Source: Oopsacas minuta (taxonomy: Eukaryota > Animalia > Porifera). From it: DNA of 64,000 nucleotides. Each line of letters opens with the position of its first letter. Position 1 is the stretch's first letter. A model generated the notes under the pieces. The model saw nothing but the letters and a program-made list of their open reading frames with translations, was not told the origin of the DNA and ran no database searches. The DNA is taken from NCBI GenBank assembly GCA_024704765.1, contig JAKMXF010000199.1, positions 310,001 to 374,000 on the forward strand. The letters run 5' to 3'. The translations under genes were made by a program, and so were the position numbers. Below, one piece after another: positions 1 through 12,839 of this stretch.

Positions 1-559
1 GTCCAGTCTCGGAGCATTTCTTCGCAGTTATGGCACACAATATGAGGAGACCATTTCTTATCTTGATCACCAAGAGGGATACCAAAGTATGCTATGTAGG
101 CACGCTTCACAAACGATGTTATATTTCGTCTTTGACGCGAAAGCGTATACACACCACAGATGTAACAAAATGAATCAGGGTTATTTTTGCATTTATGTCT
201 ACTAGAAGAAGCCATGATCAAATCTGAAGAGTTAAGAATCGAAAGAAAGTCTGTTGATATCTATGTAACTTAACACAAACAAACTGAATAACAAAACCTT
301 GGTTCTAATTAAGGCTACCAGCAGACGAGCGGAAAATACAGCTTAAATGCCTATTCTGCTGCATCTATCCACGATACTTCACTACAATCACTTAGGGTTG
401 TTTGAATTAAATCATTTCAAAAAAATCAACATGATGATTTTTGATTTATTTAAATTTTGACACTTCGCTAATAGTGTCATGTTTTCAGAGAACAATAGAG
501 TGGTGCTTTTGTTTTCAATAGATTGAAGCCATTACTAAATCATAGTAACAGCTACAATC

Positions 560-777
560 TAAGAAAAATGGCTTGATAGATAAAAAGTATTTGGTGGAGA
601 TCAGATTTATGTACTAAATAAGTACCACAAACGAAAAAATTTAAATTGTCGATTGCATGAAAACTAGAGCATGCAGAAAGAAACTGATTGCAGATTTGAA
701 ATCAGCATCCCAAAATTATATAGAATCAATTGAAAAATCTCATGCAACAAAAAATGAGAAAAAATTGTTGAGCAGTG
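560..777 (+). mobile_element. Right-end remnant of a Chapaev3-like element
   Basis: Ends ...gagcagtg followed by TAA (778-780). The subterminal run aaaactagagcatg...gaaatcagcatcccaaaatt resembles the right end of the 45275-47592 element. No left end found; the start coordinate is approximate. Confidence 0.4.
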
Positions 778-1033
778 TAATATGTTAATTGCGCTGAGAA
801 AGAAAAAAATAAGATATTCCTTAAAATATCCTCAACCTAAATTTATCTTTCTAACTAAATAATCAATAGCTTGACCATGGATAGCCTATCATCAACTTTA
901 TTACCAAATAATCTGTAAAAAGAGACATTCTCAATTATTTCATCACTAGCGCACTTCGCTTCCTGGTCGCTCCTCGACAGCTAGGTTCTCAGGTTAGCTT
1001 AGGTATTGTCCAACGAAATTCTTGATGGTTTGG

Positions 1034-3390
1034 CACAGTGGCACACCCCCTGGAAATTGGTCACAATTTCAACTCGATATTTAGTAACCATTAAATGTTC
1101 CACGGAAAAATAAATATCCAATTACTTGAAATATCTAAAAATTGTAATAATTCATCATTTAGTTTAGCAACAATTGGAATATATATAAGCATTGATAATT
1201 TCTTGCTCAGAAATTATTCTTGAACACTGCAGATATTCATTTATATCAATGAACTGAAATTCCAGCATCTAAGCAACTAAGAAATTCCAGTCTTCATTCG
1301 ATTGCATTTTAGACTACTTTCTTATTACTGTGAGTATATAAGCTGAGTTCTAATTATAAATACTAAAAATAGACAAAATATTTTGATAAATTTTCTGTTA
1401 AAAATTACAGTTGTCATTCAACTTCGAAGTCTCAAAACTTCATCTGTCGCGTTCTGTCAAGTTATCTCCTAAGTTTTATAATATACTATTTCAAATTTTC
1501 TATAAAATGGAGCAATTTCCAAGTTCCCAAAATTCGCGCCAGTAGAGTTTCAAATACTTGAACTTGTGAATTTACTTAATATATTTAAGAATTCTTTTTT
1601 TCAAAATTTTTATATTATGGTTGCTTAGTGATATAATGAAAACGTACAGTATCTTATAATATATGGTTGTGTTTACAAATTCAGCTCGTAATTAATATAC
1701 ATAAATATTCTCACAACGTTTTGACAAAGATTCCATTAAAAAATAAACAATCCATGTGGAGTAGGGATTTCTTATACCAGACTAATCACACATATAGTTG
1801 AACGAATTGTATCTAACTTAAGTCCTGACAACCTTGTCTATCCTCTTAAAGTTCGGGTATCCGATCGTTTATTTGGATCTGGGTAACATCCAGTTTACCA
1901 GCAAGCTATTACTAACCCTGACCTCTCGACTAAAGTCTTTATTTATTTTATTTCAAGGTTAAGGCAATCATAAATGCAACTGATAATATCCTATGGAACC
2001 TCATCGTCCGAATTCGCCATTTTGCACTCGAACAGTTGCCTTCTTAGCCCTTCCAGAAATGAAGAGAATGGTTTGTAGGTCAAGATCAAAAGATCTCATT
2101 TGATACAAAGATGGCAAAAATCTTAAGCGGTGATGGTGGTGCTAATTGCCAAATGTGCAACGTTCATAGAGATACACGATATTAGCATAGTTCAAAATGG
2201 ATTTGACTAAATAGGACAATCCATGATGCACGTGATGTATTTGACGAAGTTGATGAGGAAGAATTTTTGTCTTTGCCAACAAATCAAAGATTCAATTTTA
2301 CACACAAACCGATATCAGAAAAGATATCATATCAGCTTCTCCTCTGCTTATTTGAGAACATTTAGTTGGTTCCTATATTGATTTGACATTTACAGTGTGG
2401 TACTCAAAAATGGTCACAAATTTTGCCAAAATTGTTGGGGCCAAAAATGTATTTCTAACCTCATTAAAGAAAAACTTCATATATCCATTGACACACCATC
2501 AGTCCAAGGCGGAACCACCACAACCTGAAATGTTATTCGGAGATGCTTCACACGTAGCGATGATACTGTGGAAGATTCTCTCTATTGGATATTGATGGTT
2601 GTTCCTCAAGAGACATATTAAATTGTCACTACAATCTTTAATAATTTGACTGGACCCGGAGATTGTATAATAGCAACAGGAATGTAGACACTGAAGGCCT
2701 TGATAATATATGCCGAGAGACTTACGAATCCATTTTGATCAATTTTTCATGGGCACATACTTTACATAAACTTCTAGCCCATACACCACAAATAATTGCA
2801 GATCAAAAAGATGGGTTTAGCTTAGAAGATTTGTCTGAAGAAGTCCTTGAATCTTGCAATAAATTGGTCAGGCGATACCGTGAGAGACTCCCAAGAAAAT
2901 TTAGCTTTGAGGACAACCTTAAAGATGTGTTCGTCAGGCTTATCTCTCAAAGTGATCCAATTTTAGCATCATTTCCTAATATCACCAAAAAAGATTCGGA
3001 GCCAGATCTATCTGAGTTAAAGAGCTGTCAAGATGTTCTGGTGAATTCACTAATTATATATACGTCATAGTTTGGAGTTCAATGAATGGTAGGTCATTTT
3101 CAACAATATATGTATTTTTATAAGGTCATAAAATGATACCTTAAGATAGTGTTAATAATGTCAAAACATAAACATTTAGCTCAAATAATGGTTAAATTAT
3201 AACTCTATACCAAATCAAATATATTTGAATATGACAATGACGTCATTACTTTCACACCCAGACTTGCAAAAATCTAGTTAGGCCAATCGATCCCTTGGGT
3301 ACGATTCCCCATATGTCAATAATATGGTTTAATACGTTATCTAGTACCATAATACCTACTTCCAGGTGTTAGCCATTTCGTGCCACTGTT
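1034..3390 (+). mobile_element. Decayed Transib/Chapaev-like (RAG1-core-related) DNA transposon
   Basis: Left end cacagtggcac (1034-1044) and right end gtgccactgtt (3380-3390) are inverted copies (10 of 11) around a RAG1/Transib-like transposase remnant. No TSD recognisable. Confidence 0.6.
1750..3070 (+). pseudogene. Transib/Chapaev-type DDE transposase pseudogene
   Basis: Broken frames give GSG*HPVYQQ, KMAKILSGDGGANCQMC, DTPSVQGGTTTT*NVIRRCF, HTLHKLLAH and SEEVLESCNKLVRRYRERLPRKFSF..DVFVRLISQSDP. These parallel RAG1/Transib core motifs (HKxLxH; SEE/ExxNKxxRRxR). Many stops and frameshifts; start approximate. Confidence 0.75.
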
Positions 3391-3693
3391 CAATAGATTT
3401 TAAATAGATAAAAAGATCAAGAGAATAGTTCTACATGTTTTTGGTGGGGTCTTAAAATTGTAAAATTTTATGAAATTGAACATCTTTTCGAATTATTATG
3501 TTGTATTTTGTGTTTTGAAAAACGATCCAATGATTATGAGAACAAAATTTCCCTATTAGCGATGTGTGTTAAGTATGAGATAGAAATTATTAATGAAATA
3601 CCTGGGGAATATGACGATGAAACAACTGTAAAATTAAATGCTGTACTTACATGCAAAAGCCTCCCTTAGGTAAGAATTTATAAGAACACTAAA

Positions 3694-3730
3694 TCAATAT
3701 CAAGGTTATTGAGAATAACCTTGATATTGA
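3694..3730. repeat. Perfect 17-bp inverted repeat with 3-nt loop
   Basis: tcaatatcaaggttatt-gag-aataaccttgatattga. Confidence 0.95.
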
Positions 3731-4658
3731 AGTTAGTACTTCTCAAGTAGAAGAAATAATGTATGTTACTATCCTGGAATAATGCCATTATTACCATAGT
3801 GGAGTGGAATAATTTTGTGTACAATCAATACACCAAGTTACGTTTTAACAGACAGCCACGCTAGTGTTGAAAACTGGTTTCAGGATAGTGAAGCGCAACA
3901 TATATACTTCTGAAACACGAATGAGAGCAGGTGATTTCATTAGGTCTATTTATGTGAATATTGAGGATAGGATTAGTGCAATTTAATTTGCTTTTATGCC
4001 ATTTGCAAACAAAATATTCAAAAGAAGAGAAAATGGAGAGTAGAAAATGAAGAAAATTGAAAGGAGGAAAGGCCAAAAAGGAAATAGACCTAACAGAGCT
4101 ATTATAACCTTCCGATTTAAATATTTCAAAGGCATCTGAATGTATTAAAATCGAGTAATAAACCAATAGTTAGTCTACAAAATCAGGTAGTATATACAGA
4201 AATATAAGTACAAGTGGAAGGTAAAATATTAGTTTAGCTGATAAGGAAGTAGAAATAGAACCCATTTAGATCTTATAGAATTGAGTGAACTACATTATAC
4301 ATTTCCTAGATTCCAACAAATGACTTATAGGATGAAAAGTTATTTGTGAAGGTTAAACTTTAAATTGTATAATTCACTAGGATAATCTAGATAGGAAATA
4401 CCACAAAATCATGTAATTTTTCATAGTGTTTATTTCTTATTGCAAGCTAGAATGTAGAGAGCTGGCGTTATCGATGTACATACAACAGCGAATGTAATTC
4501 TTATCCCATAACTTCATAGTTCCTTTTGCTGTAGTTATTTATATATATATGAATAAATAAGGTATTTTGTACAAAGGACAGGAGATAATTTGGCATAGGG
4601 GAACCAGGTGCAGGATCTCAGGATTGGAGGATCAGATATTACATTGTTTGTCCAAGTA

Positions 4659-5987
4659 CAGGGTGTTAAACAATTGATGTCGGAATTCATATTTTACATC
4701 TTTAATTAAGTACCCAATTCAGACGATTGAATCATGATAATCCGACTGAATATTCCTTTTGTATATGCTTCACGAATTGATAATTAGTATTCTAGTTGAT
4801 ATTAGCTGATATTCTTCTTTACCGGAAAATAAAAATTCCTAACATCCTTTAGTGGCTACCGAATACACTATTGATGTCCGCAATCGTGCTATCGGTATGA
4901 TTATAGCAGGCATGTCTCAAACGAAGGTTCCTCATGCTCTGAAGATTACCTTAAGAACAACACAGCGTTGGTGGGCACTATCTAGAGGTGGTAAATCGTT
5001 GAGAAACAAGCCTGGATGTGGTCGAAAAAATTCCCTGTCCAAAGCAGCGAAAATCATAATTGCTAAATCGCTTTCCAAACCTCATAAATCAACTAGGATA
5101 TTGACCAAGAATTTGAGAAGGAGAAGCATAGTAGCAGTTCCCCACGTTACTGTATTGAATTATTTGAAAAGTTTGAATGCTACTCCTTATAAACCACAAA
5201 AACAGCCAAAGTTAATCGATTCTCAGTAAAAAGCCCGTGTAAAATTCTTCAAAGATAGGAAGAACTGGAGTGTGTAAGAATGGAGATGAATACTATTTCA
5301 GATGAATCACCATTTCAACTTTATCATACTCCGAATCGGCAAAATAACAGAGTGTGGGCTCGGAAACGAGATAGTATACCTCCAGTAGAGACTGTGAAGT
5401 ACCCTCTAAAAGTAAATATGTGGGGTATGATGTTCTGCTCTACCTTATCAGAATTGCACTTTATTCCACGAGGTAGGACCGTAAATACAGAATATTATGT
5501 AGGGGAAAATTTTGAAGAAAGCTTAGATACCTAGACTTAAAATAAAAATAAAAATTGAACCCATTTATAGACGAAAAATTATGAAAAACATATCCAAGGC
5601 TATTTTCCAACAAGATGGGGCGCCGGCTAATACCTGTAAAAGAACTGGTGTTTGAAGAACCTTAAAGGTTTTTGGCCTAAAGAAGTATGGCCTGCGAATT
5701 CGCCGGACTTGAATCCTATAGAAAATCTGTGGGAAATACTCCAAAATCAACTGGATTCAATGCCCCACGCAACAAATGAAGAAAGTTTAAAAATAATCTC
5801 AAACTGGGATGGTCTCAGGTGACGGAGGATGTTTTGGCCAATCTTATAGCTTCAATGCCAAATAAGATAAAATTATGTATTGCTAACAATGACGGTTATA
5901 TAGGAAGGTAGGGAGCACATTTCTACACTGCAAGAATATGTTTTATTTGTCCATTCTATATTACGACATCAATTATTTAACACCCTG
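4659..5987 (+). mobile_element. Tc1-like element (DD37E-type family), pseudogenised
   Basis: TIRs cagggtgttaaacaattgatgtcg / cgacatcaattatttaacaccctg; TA on the left. Fragments include an HTH region, SDESPF, QDGAPA and WPANSPDLNPIENLW. Stops and frameshifts present. Confidence 0.9.
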
Positions 5988-6957
5988 TGGTATGTGTAAA
6001 ATGTATGTACATTCAGGTGTTTAGACAATAGTAAGACAGATCAAGAATTCATACAGGGCAATATATTCTTCTGATTGTGTAATATAATGAGACACAAAAG
6101 GAAGTTTTCGTACAGTATATATTGGAATCATTCATTACAGGATTTATCTGATATTTGTATATTGCTTTGATGATAAATGGTAAAATAGCTCTGAATACTA
6201 TCTCAAAATTTATATCTGTGAACAATCTTGAGGATGAAATTCTATAATATGAGAGTGGTATATATACACTATACCATTAATTATCTGTGGTATTACCCAA
6301 GAAATATCCTGTTATTACATAAGTATGTATATCAACCCGTTTTGCGCGTAGGTTAACTACAAAGATGTCCTAAATTGAATTATTTGTTGAAACAAGTTAC
6401 AATGGGACTATCACAAGTACGACGATTGACATTCTATACGCACTAATGATCTAAGCAAGTGTTGTATAGTCCTACAAGTATAGTATATGTAATTATTACC
6501 ATATCAAAACGCAATAATTATAGTGAAGTAACCGAGGAAAATTGAAAAAATTAAAAGAATAATATATATAAAAATCATAGAAAAAGTACTAGGAACATTA
6601 GGGATTTTTTAAGAAAACTGTATTTTAAGAAACGAAAGATGCTATCTATAAATTTTGAAGGGGTTGTGATGAGAAATAACTTCAAGAATTGATCTCAAAG
6701 TTGGAATTCTTAATACACAAGAACTGAGAATTTATTGATTTTTGCAGGCCGTTGCTGGTGATATTTTCATTGATTCACGAAATATCGATATTGTTATAAG
6801 CCTCTATATCTCCACTAACGATTAGCATAAAATAATTGAAATTCAGTCGGATTTAAAGAAACAAGAGTTTAAACTGACCTTACTTTGTGTAGAATATTAT
6901 TCGTTCCCTACCACTCTCACTCTCGACGAATTCTTCCAGCTCCGCGAGTTACTAACA

Positions 6958-7400
6958 ATTTTCAATGCAATGTAATTTTCATAAACGTCCATATCACCAA
7001 AGTATGCATATAAAATTTTAGAATCGAATTATGACTTTTAGGTGGATAAATTCAAGGAGTCGTAACCCTAAATTGTAACCAAGAAAGCAACCTAAAAATA
7101 TGTAAAATCAAAACATATTGTATAAAGCGTCCAACTCTCCTCTTTCCAAAGTTTTTGATTTCTTTGGAATCTGATGAGTATAAGTGAGTCAAATTAGTGA
7201 CACTGGTCGAATAGTCTACTAACTTCTTCGTTTAATTTTCAAAATATATTATTTCAAAAAGAAATTAAATTATTAAAATAAACTTTTAACACATAATCCA
7301 CTAACCCCCAATAGTATGTAGAAGAAAACTTATACAAAAACATAATAAGAAGTCGGTGAAATAACACATGATAGTTGTCACGTTTGGAAAATTTAGCTAA
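6958..7400. repeat. Dispersed non-coding repeat, copy 1
   Basis: Aligns along its length with 10481-10910 (ttcaatgcaat.taattttcat.aacgt.catatcaccaaagtatgca ... caactctcctctttccaa ... ggt.aaataacaca). Boundaries approximate. Confidence 0.8.
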
Positions 7401-7982
7401 ATGTAGAGTTCCACAAAGATCTATTAAGCCTATGGAGGCTCAAATTTTACAAGAGGTGGCTGTGCCCCCAGGCCACCTTGCTACGGGCCTGCTTACATCC
7501 AGCAATTTCTAACCTCAAGGTTAGCAATTTAGAACTTTATATTACGTATAAAATTCGCATCAGAAAATACAGATTTAATTTGGCACCCCAGTCCAAGTAC
7601 AAAATTTAACGAAAAAAGAAATTAGTAAGGCAAAATCTTCATAAATTTAGCAAAATGTAGTCACTCAAGAGGGAGTTCAGACTCAATGAGCCTGCATTTC
7701 AGGAAAATTCACAAATCAGTTTTAGACAAATTGTAAGGTAATTCGATCGAATAATTTCAGTCGCTACTCAAAAAGAGAGAAAAAATACAATCGCCGGAAA
7801 CTATTCGAATACGTATGGTACTAATCAATATCAACTTTTCTACAAGTTCAAAGCTGAATATGAAGACATTTGTGCAACAAAGCAAATTTTACATGAAATG
7901 CTACATGTATATGCTCTGATACTCGGAGCTTCTCAAAAAAAAGTAGAGACATGGGCCAGATGAGATGGTTCATTAACAAATA

Positions 7983-9250
7983 CAGGGTGGGGAATAAGTT
8001 CTATGCCATTTTTTCAAATGAATCAAGTATCTCGAATACATAGTAACAGTTCATTTCTTATCCTATCGGACTACAGTCTAGATATTCTTCTAAACATGTA
8101 CCATGGAAGGAGAAAGATTAACAATTGTTGAATTATTCAAGCAAGGGAAGAAATCAGCGGATAATTTGAAAATTTTGAATATGCTCAAAACACGTAGGAA
8201 GTTTGTCTACCGTACTATTAAGCGGTTCCAGGATACTAACAGCGTGAAAGATAAGCCAAGAAGTGGTCGTCCTATTTCTGTCTCTACGACAAAAATGAAT
8301 AGAGTAGTACGCTCTCGCATATTGAAAAATCCCAGAGGATCCATAAGAAATGACAGCTTAACTAAAAATGCCTCCTTAATCGCTTAGAACCATCATGAGA
8401 AGGGGATTATGTTTGCTTTCTTATAAAAGGAAGAAAGTTCATTTTATTTCCAGGTTAGTTAGGGAGGAGAGGGTTGTCAAGATCTAAAGGACTTCTAAAG
8501 CGGTTCGCCTCATTTGGCCTAGATCAGGTCCTGTTTTCCGATGAGAAACTTTTTAGTATGGAAGAGGTTTCTAATTCCAAAACGACAGAATTGTGTACCA
8601 GTCTCTTTCTATTATCCCTGACAAGATAAATATGTGGAAAGAGTTCAGAAACCACTTTTTGTCATGGTCTGGACCGGTATCTCTGCCGTAGGCCACACCC
8701 CCGCTAGTCGTTGTCCACACCCGGACTGAAAATTCACGCTTTGACATACGAAGACCTTAATCTAAAGCCCATAGTGAATATCTCGAGAGAACAATGTTTT
8801 AATCGCAAGCCATTCTTGTTTCAACAAGATGGCGCCCTCTCCACACTACTAAAAGCACTCAAGAGTGGCTCAGAACTCAAATCCCAAGTTTTATCTCCAA
8901 GCTGGAATGGCCTCCGTCCAGCCCAGATCTAAATCCTTTGGATTTCTCTCTTTGGTTCATATTCGAGTCAAGGGCTTGTTCGAACTCATACAGGAATCTG
9001 GAAGGTTTAAGGAAAACACTATGCAGGGACTGGGACAATATTCCCCAGGAAATCATACTCACCGCTGTTGAAGCAATTCCCAAATGGCTAAGGGAATTAA
9101 TAAAAAAGAAAGTGGGATGTATTGAATGAGTTGAGTTAAGCTGAATCCAGATAGTGTGTACTCAACTATGTTACAATATCTAGTCAACAGGAACTCTTTT
9201 CGTAGATCTACAGTTGTTTCCAATGGGTTAGAACTCATTCTACACCCCTG
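7983..9250 (+). mobile_element. maT/DD37D-type mariner-like element, pseudogenised
   Basis: TA-flanked TIRs cagggtggggaataagttct / agaactcattctacacccctg. Fragments KPRSGRP, FSDEKLF, FQQDGA and SPDLNPLDFSLW. Related to the copies at 55954 and 59253. Confidence 0.9.
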
Positions 9251-10480
9251 TATGTTAAGATTACGTGTTCTCATAAACGATCCCTTCAGTGGGTTCTGAT
9301 TACGTTGTGGATGTATGAGAAAATCGAGGTGAAAGTGGAGACTGACATAAATATTAAGTCCATGATCGCAGACTACCTGAAAAAAGGGTTACTATTCAAT
9401 GACAAGAATTTTCCATATTATGGAAAATATCTACTAAGTACTTCGTTCATAGATTCAAAATTTGCGGCTAATAAGACGTGAAAAGGAGATATTATAAGAT
9501 ATAATTACATATATTCCTACATTTGAGAATATTTTCAGCAACAAGTAGTTCGCATGTAATTTGTAGTACAAAATGTTCCATTCAAAAATTAGGGGGATAA
9601 TATAACGTTTATACACAATAAAATCATCTCTGATGTATAAGAAACCGAAAGTATCCCTATTGCAAATTCCACAACTTAATGTGATGCATTTTGTGCAGTA
9701 GGCTATGTCAGGTTAGCTGGATTTAAGGATGGTATAGACGTGTTGAACCTAGGTAGGTTGCTTTGTAACAAGTTATCGGGGGCTAGCATGCCCGTCAAAC
9801 ACTTTAATTCTTGGAGTGCAATGAATTGGCCAAAATCTGATTCTATTTCTATATCTTTGTAAAGTTAGGATAGTTAAAGTGACTACCAATTATACCTTCT
9901 GATTTAGGTATCTACAAAGTTGGGCCAAAAATCAATCTACATACACATAGCCATGGCATCATATTACCTCAAATATTAATATATTAAAATATTGTTAGCC
10001 TTAATCTCAAAAAGTTTTGGGTATTCATTCATTGTGAAATGAATGTGGCGAAAGAATAGCCAAAGTTAGGGGGTGCATATGTATTTAGAGGTACATACTT
10101 TCACTATTTCAACGATTCAAATGCTAAAGACAAAGATGATTGAAGCTCGTTTTGCAAGTATATCTACCTAACCTTCCGCGAGGATTGATAATTTTTGTAC
10201 GGCTATAATATGGATGGAGTAGAGGTTGGGCGTTTATTAGTGAAATAGGTATGATAATTCGAAAATTCAGACGGTTCGGAATCCGGACTCATATGTCTCG
10301 CGAAGGTGCCGACACCGTAAGATCAGAATTTTGACCCTTCAAACTTTGATCACTGCTAACCTAGTCCCTGGACCAACCTATTTTCTAGCTACTTAGCAAA
10401 GTTTAACCCTTAATCTCAACTAGTTCAGGATAATAACTCCATGTAAATGAATTCGGGTGAAAGTTGGGGGTCATTTTAAT

Positions 10481-10990
10481 AATTTCAATGCAATATAATT
10501 TTCATTAACGTTCATATCACCAAAGTATGCAAATAGAATTTCAGAATCGAAATCTGACTTTTAGGTGGTAAATTCAAGGGAGTGGTAACTCTAAAAATTT
10601 TAACTAAGAAAGTAACTAAATGTAAAATTTTGTAAAATCAAAACACATTGCGCAAAACGTTCGACTCTCCTCTTTCCAATGATAAATTCGTTTAAATCTA
10701 ATGAATATAAGTGAATCAAATTTATGACTGTAGTGACCCTAGTCGAATAGTCATAATATTTCACAAAGTAATAAATATTTTTAAAAGAAATTTTAAACAT
10801 ATAACCCACCAATCCTCAGTAGTATGCGAAGAAAACTTATTTCAAAATATTTTATTTTGAGAAGCCGGTCAAATAACACATAGTTGACACGTATGGAACA
10901 TTTTCAAAACTTCAATGCTAAGTGATCACACATATTTATAATTTTGATGACATTTTCGTATTCCACCAACGCTATACATTCGAAGAATAC
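10481..10990. repeat. Dispersed non-coding repeat, copy 2
   Basis: Homologous to 6958-7400. Its distal part (ataacccaccaatcctcagtagtatgcgaag ... tgatgacattttcgt) matches 61690-61980. Boundaries approximate. Confidence 0.8.
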
Positions 10991-12603
10991 ACACAAGTTT
11001 TTTTTCTCTAGCTATACGGAAAGTCGGTCAAATACACGACTGAATTGATGACGTTACATAATTTGAATTTGCTGTTAACTTTTTCTGTTTACTTACTTTT
11101 CTCAAACCTTTGAATTACGCCAATTTTTTCTAATTTACTTGATTATGTGGACATAATCAAAGAATACAACGATATATCTATCTTGGTAACATGGGTGTCA
11201 AAGTTGAGGCAATAACGTTCTTCAATCTGTTAAGAAAGGTTTATATAGACAGACATTTAGTGTGTAGTTATCACAGGGCCGTAGCCACTGGTCAGGTTGG
11301 TCAGGTTTCAATCTGACCACTTTTGGTGACTGAAATTCCCCAATATGGCACCACTCGGTCGGGTTGGCCAAGTTAAACTGACCACTCAGTCAGGTTGGTT
11401 AAGTTAACCTAAGGATATATAGTAACTAGGAATTGAGATTTTCAACTTTAGTCACAAAACATAAATGATTTTACTTAAGAATACGCTCGCAGGCTAACTG
11501 GATACCCGCTACTAAAGAAAAGGTTCTAACGCCAGCCATTGTGGCATCAAAGTGTGCATTTCTATTGCCTATAATAGGATATCTCATCATGCGGACTCAA
11601 ACACTTTCGGTAAGGCTTCCTATTGATATAGGTTACTTACATCTTACATTAAGATAATACTTTTTGAATTATTAGAAAATTAACACATCTATAGATATAA
11701 CTCTTATCCATAGCCCACGTAAATAATGCCTTTTAACGGTCTAAATTCCTGGACCAGGGATGGCAGGTTCCGGCATGGCGGGGGATCGCCCCCCAGTTTT
11801 GACAAGAGCCTGAGATGGGGGGGCTGCCTTCCCTAGTTTCTTTGAAAAATTATGCTTACTTGAAAGATATTTTATTACTCCAATTTGATAGTTTACTCGA
11901 TTTACTTCAAATAAATATGTGGCACATGTTGTAATACTTAATTTTTCTAACAGATTAACACATTTCTATTTATGTATTTGTAATCAATGTAATATGAGCA
12001 ACTAGTTATTGATATGATTTAATAATTTTCAAACAATCTTTACTGAGCACAAATCGATCCATCCTGGCCTCAATCCTATTAATCCTTTCGCTAGTGAATG
12101 TGTCCAGATCAAGTTGGTCCTAAGTTTCTGTATACATGTTACATAAAGCGTATGCATACAATCTACTTCCTTCATATTGCTGCGAAGATACGTTTTTATA
12201 CGTCTTAAGCAGCTAAATTTCGTTCAGCGAAAGATGACGTGTAAGGAAGAAGAAGATGAAGCTTAAGGAAAGATACCAAGTTGGGCCATATGAGACCATA
12301 ATCAGAGTTTTCACGTAAAATGAGTAGTGAGTACAACGGCCCCACACTATTTTGGTCAACCTAACGCCCCTATCCTGGACCACGGTTATTTCAGTTCTAT
12401 TAAATTTATCTAGCAATTTTCTTTTTCTCTATAATATATAATTGGTGATTTTGGCTCGAATATTTGTATTATTGTTTGTTATGAATTTACACAAGCCATG
12501 TCATCCACCTATTACTATAATGACATCATCCTTTTGGTTAACTGGGCAATATGTCGTAAAATTGCACAAGTTTTCAACTATGATAAGCGATCATTAGTGC
12601 GTA

Positions 12604-12839
12604 CCGTAAACTGGGGCTACTTTGGCCCACTGGGTTTGCTTTAGCCCAAATATCAAAGTTTCAAAGAAACTAGATTAGATTCAGTATTATGCTTGAAAAT
12701 GACTTGCCAAATTTTTAACGAATTTTCAAATATCGGTAGACAATTTCGAATACAAATACAATATCTATTCGATACGTAAGCAAATTTCAATATTTGGGCT
12801 AAAGCAAACCCAGTGGGCCAAAGTAGCCCCAGTTTACGG
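12604..12839. mobile_element. 236-bp pogo/Tc1-type MITE
   Basis: Perfect 50-bp TIR starting ccgtaaactggggctactttggccc; TA duplication at 12602-12603 and 12840-12841. Confidence 0.95.

Noticed and set aside
1750-3070. Possible domesticated RAG1-like gene
   Set aside because: Multiple stops and frameshifts, no RING or nonamer-binding region, and no RAG2-like neighbour.
3861-4166. 101-aa minus-strand ORF
   Set aside because: Non-ATG start and no recognisable homology. The opposite strand has at most a weak hAT-like peptide (SHASVETGF), too poor to call.
9313-9480. Short open frame (MYEKIEVKVETD...) that could be a host exon
   Set aside because: About 55 codons with no recognisable family and no convincing splice context.
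11274-11860. hAT-MITE-like left ends (cagggccgtagcc at 11274; cagggatggcagg near 11755; also cagtggcggatcc at 14892 and cagtgttcgg near 22825)
   Set aside because: No matching right end or TSD found, so they cannot be delimited as elements.
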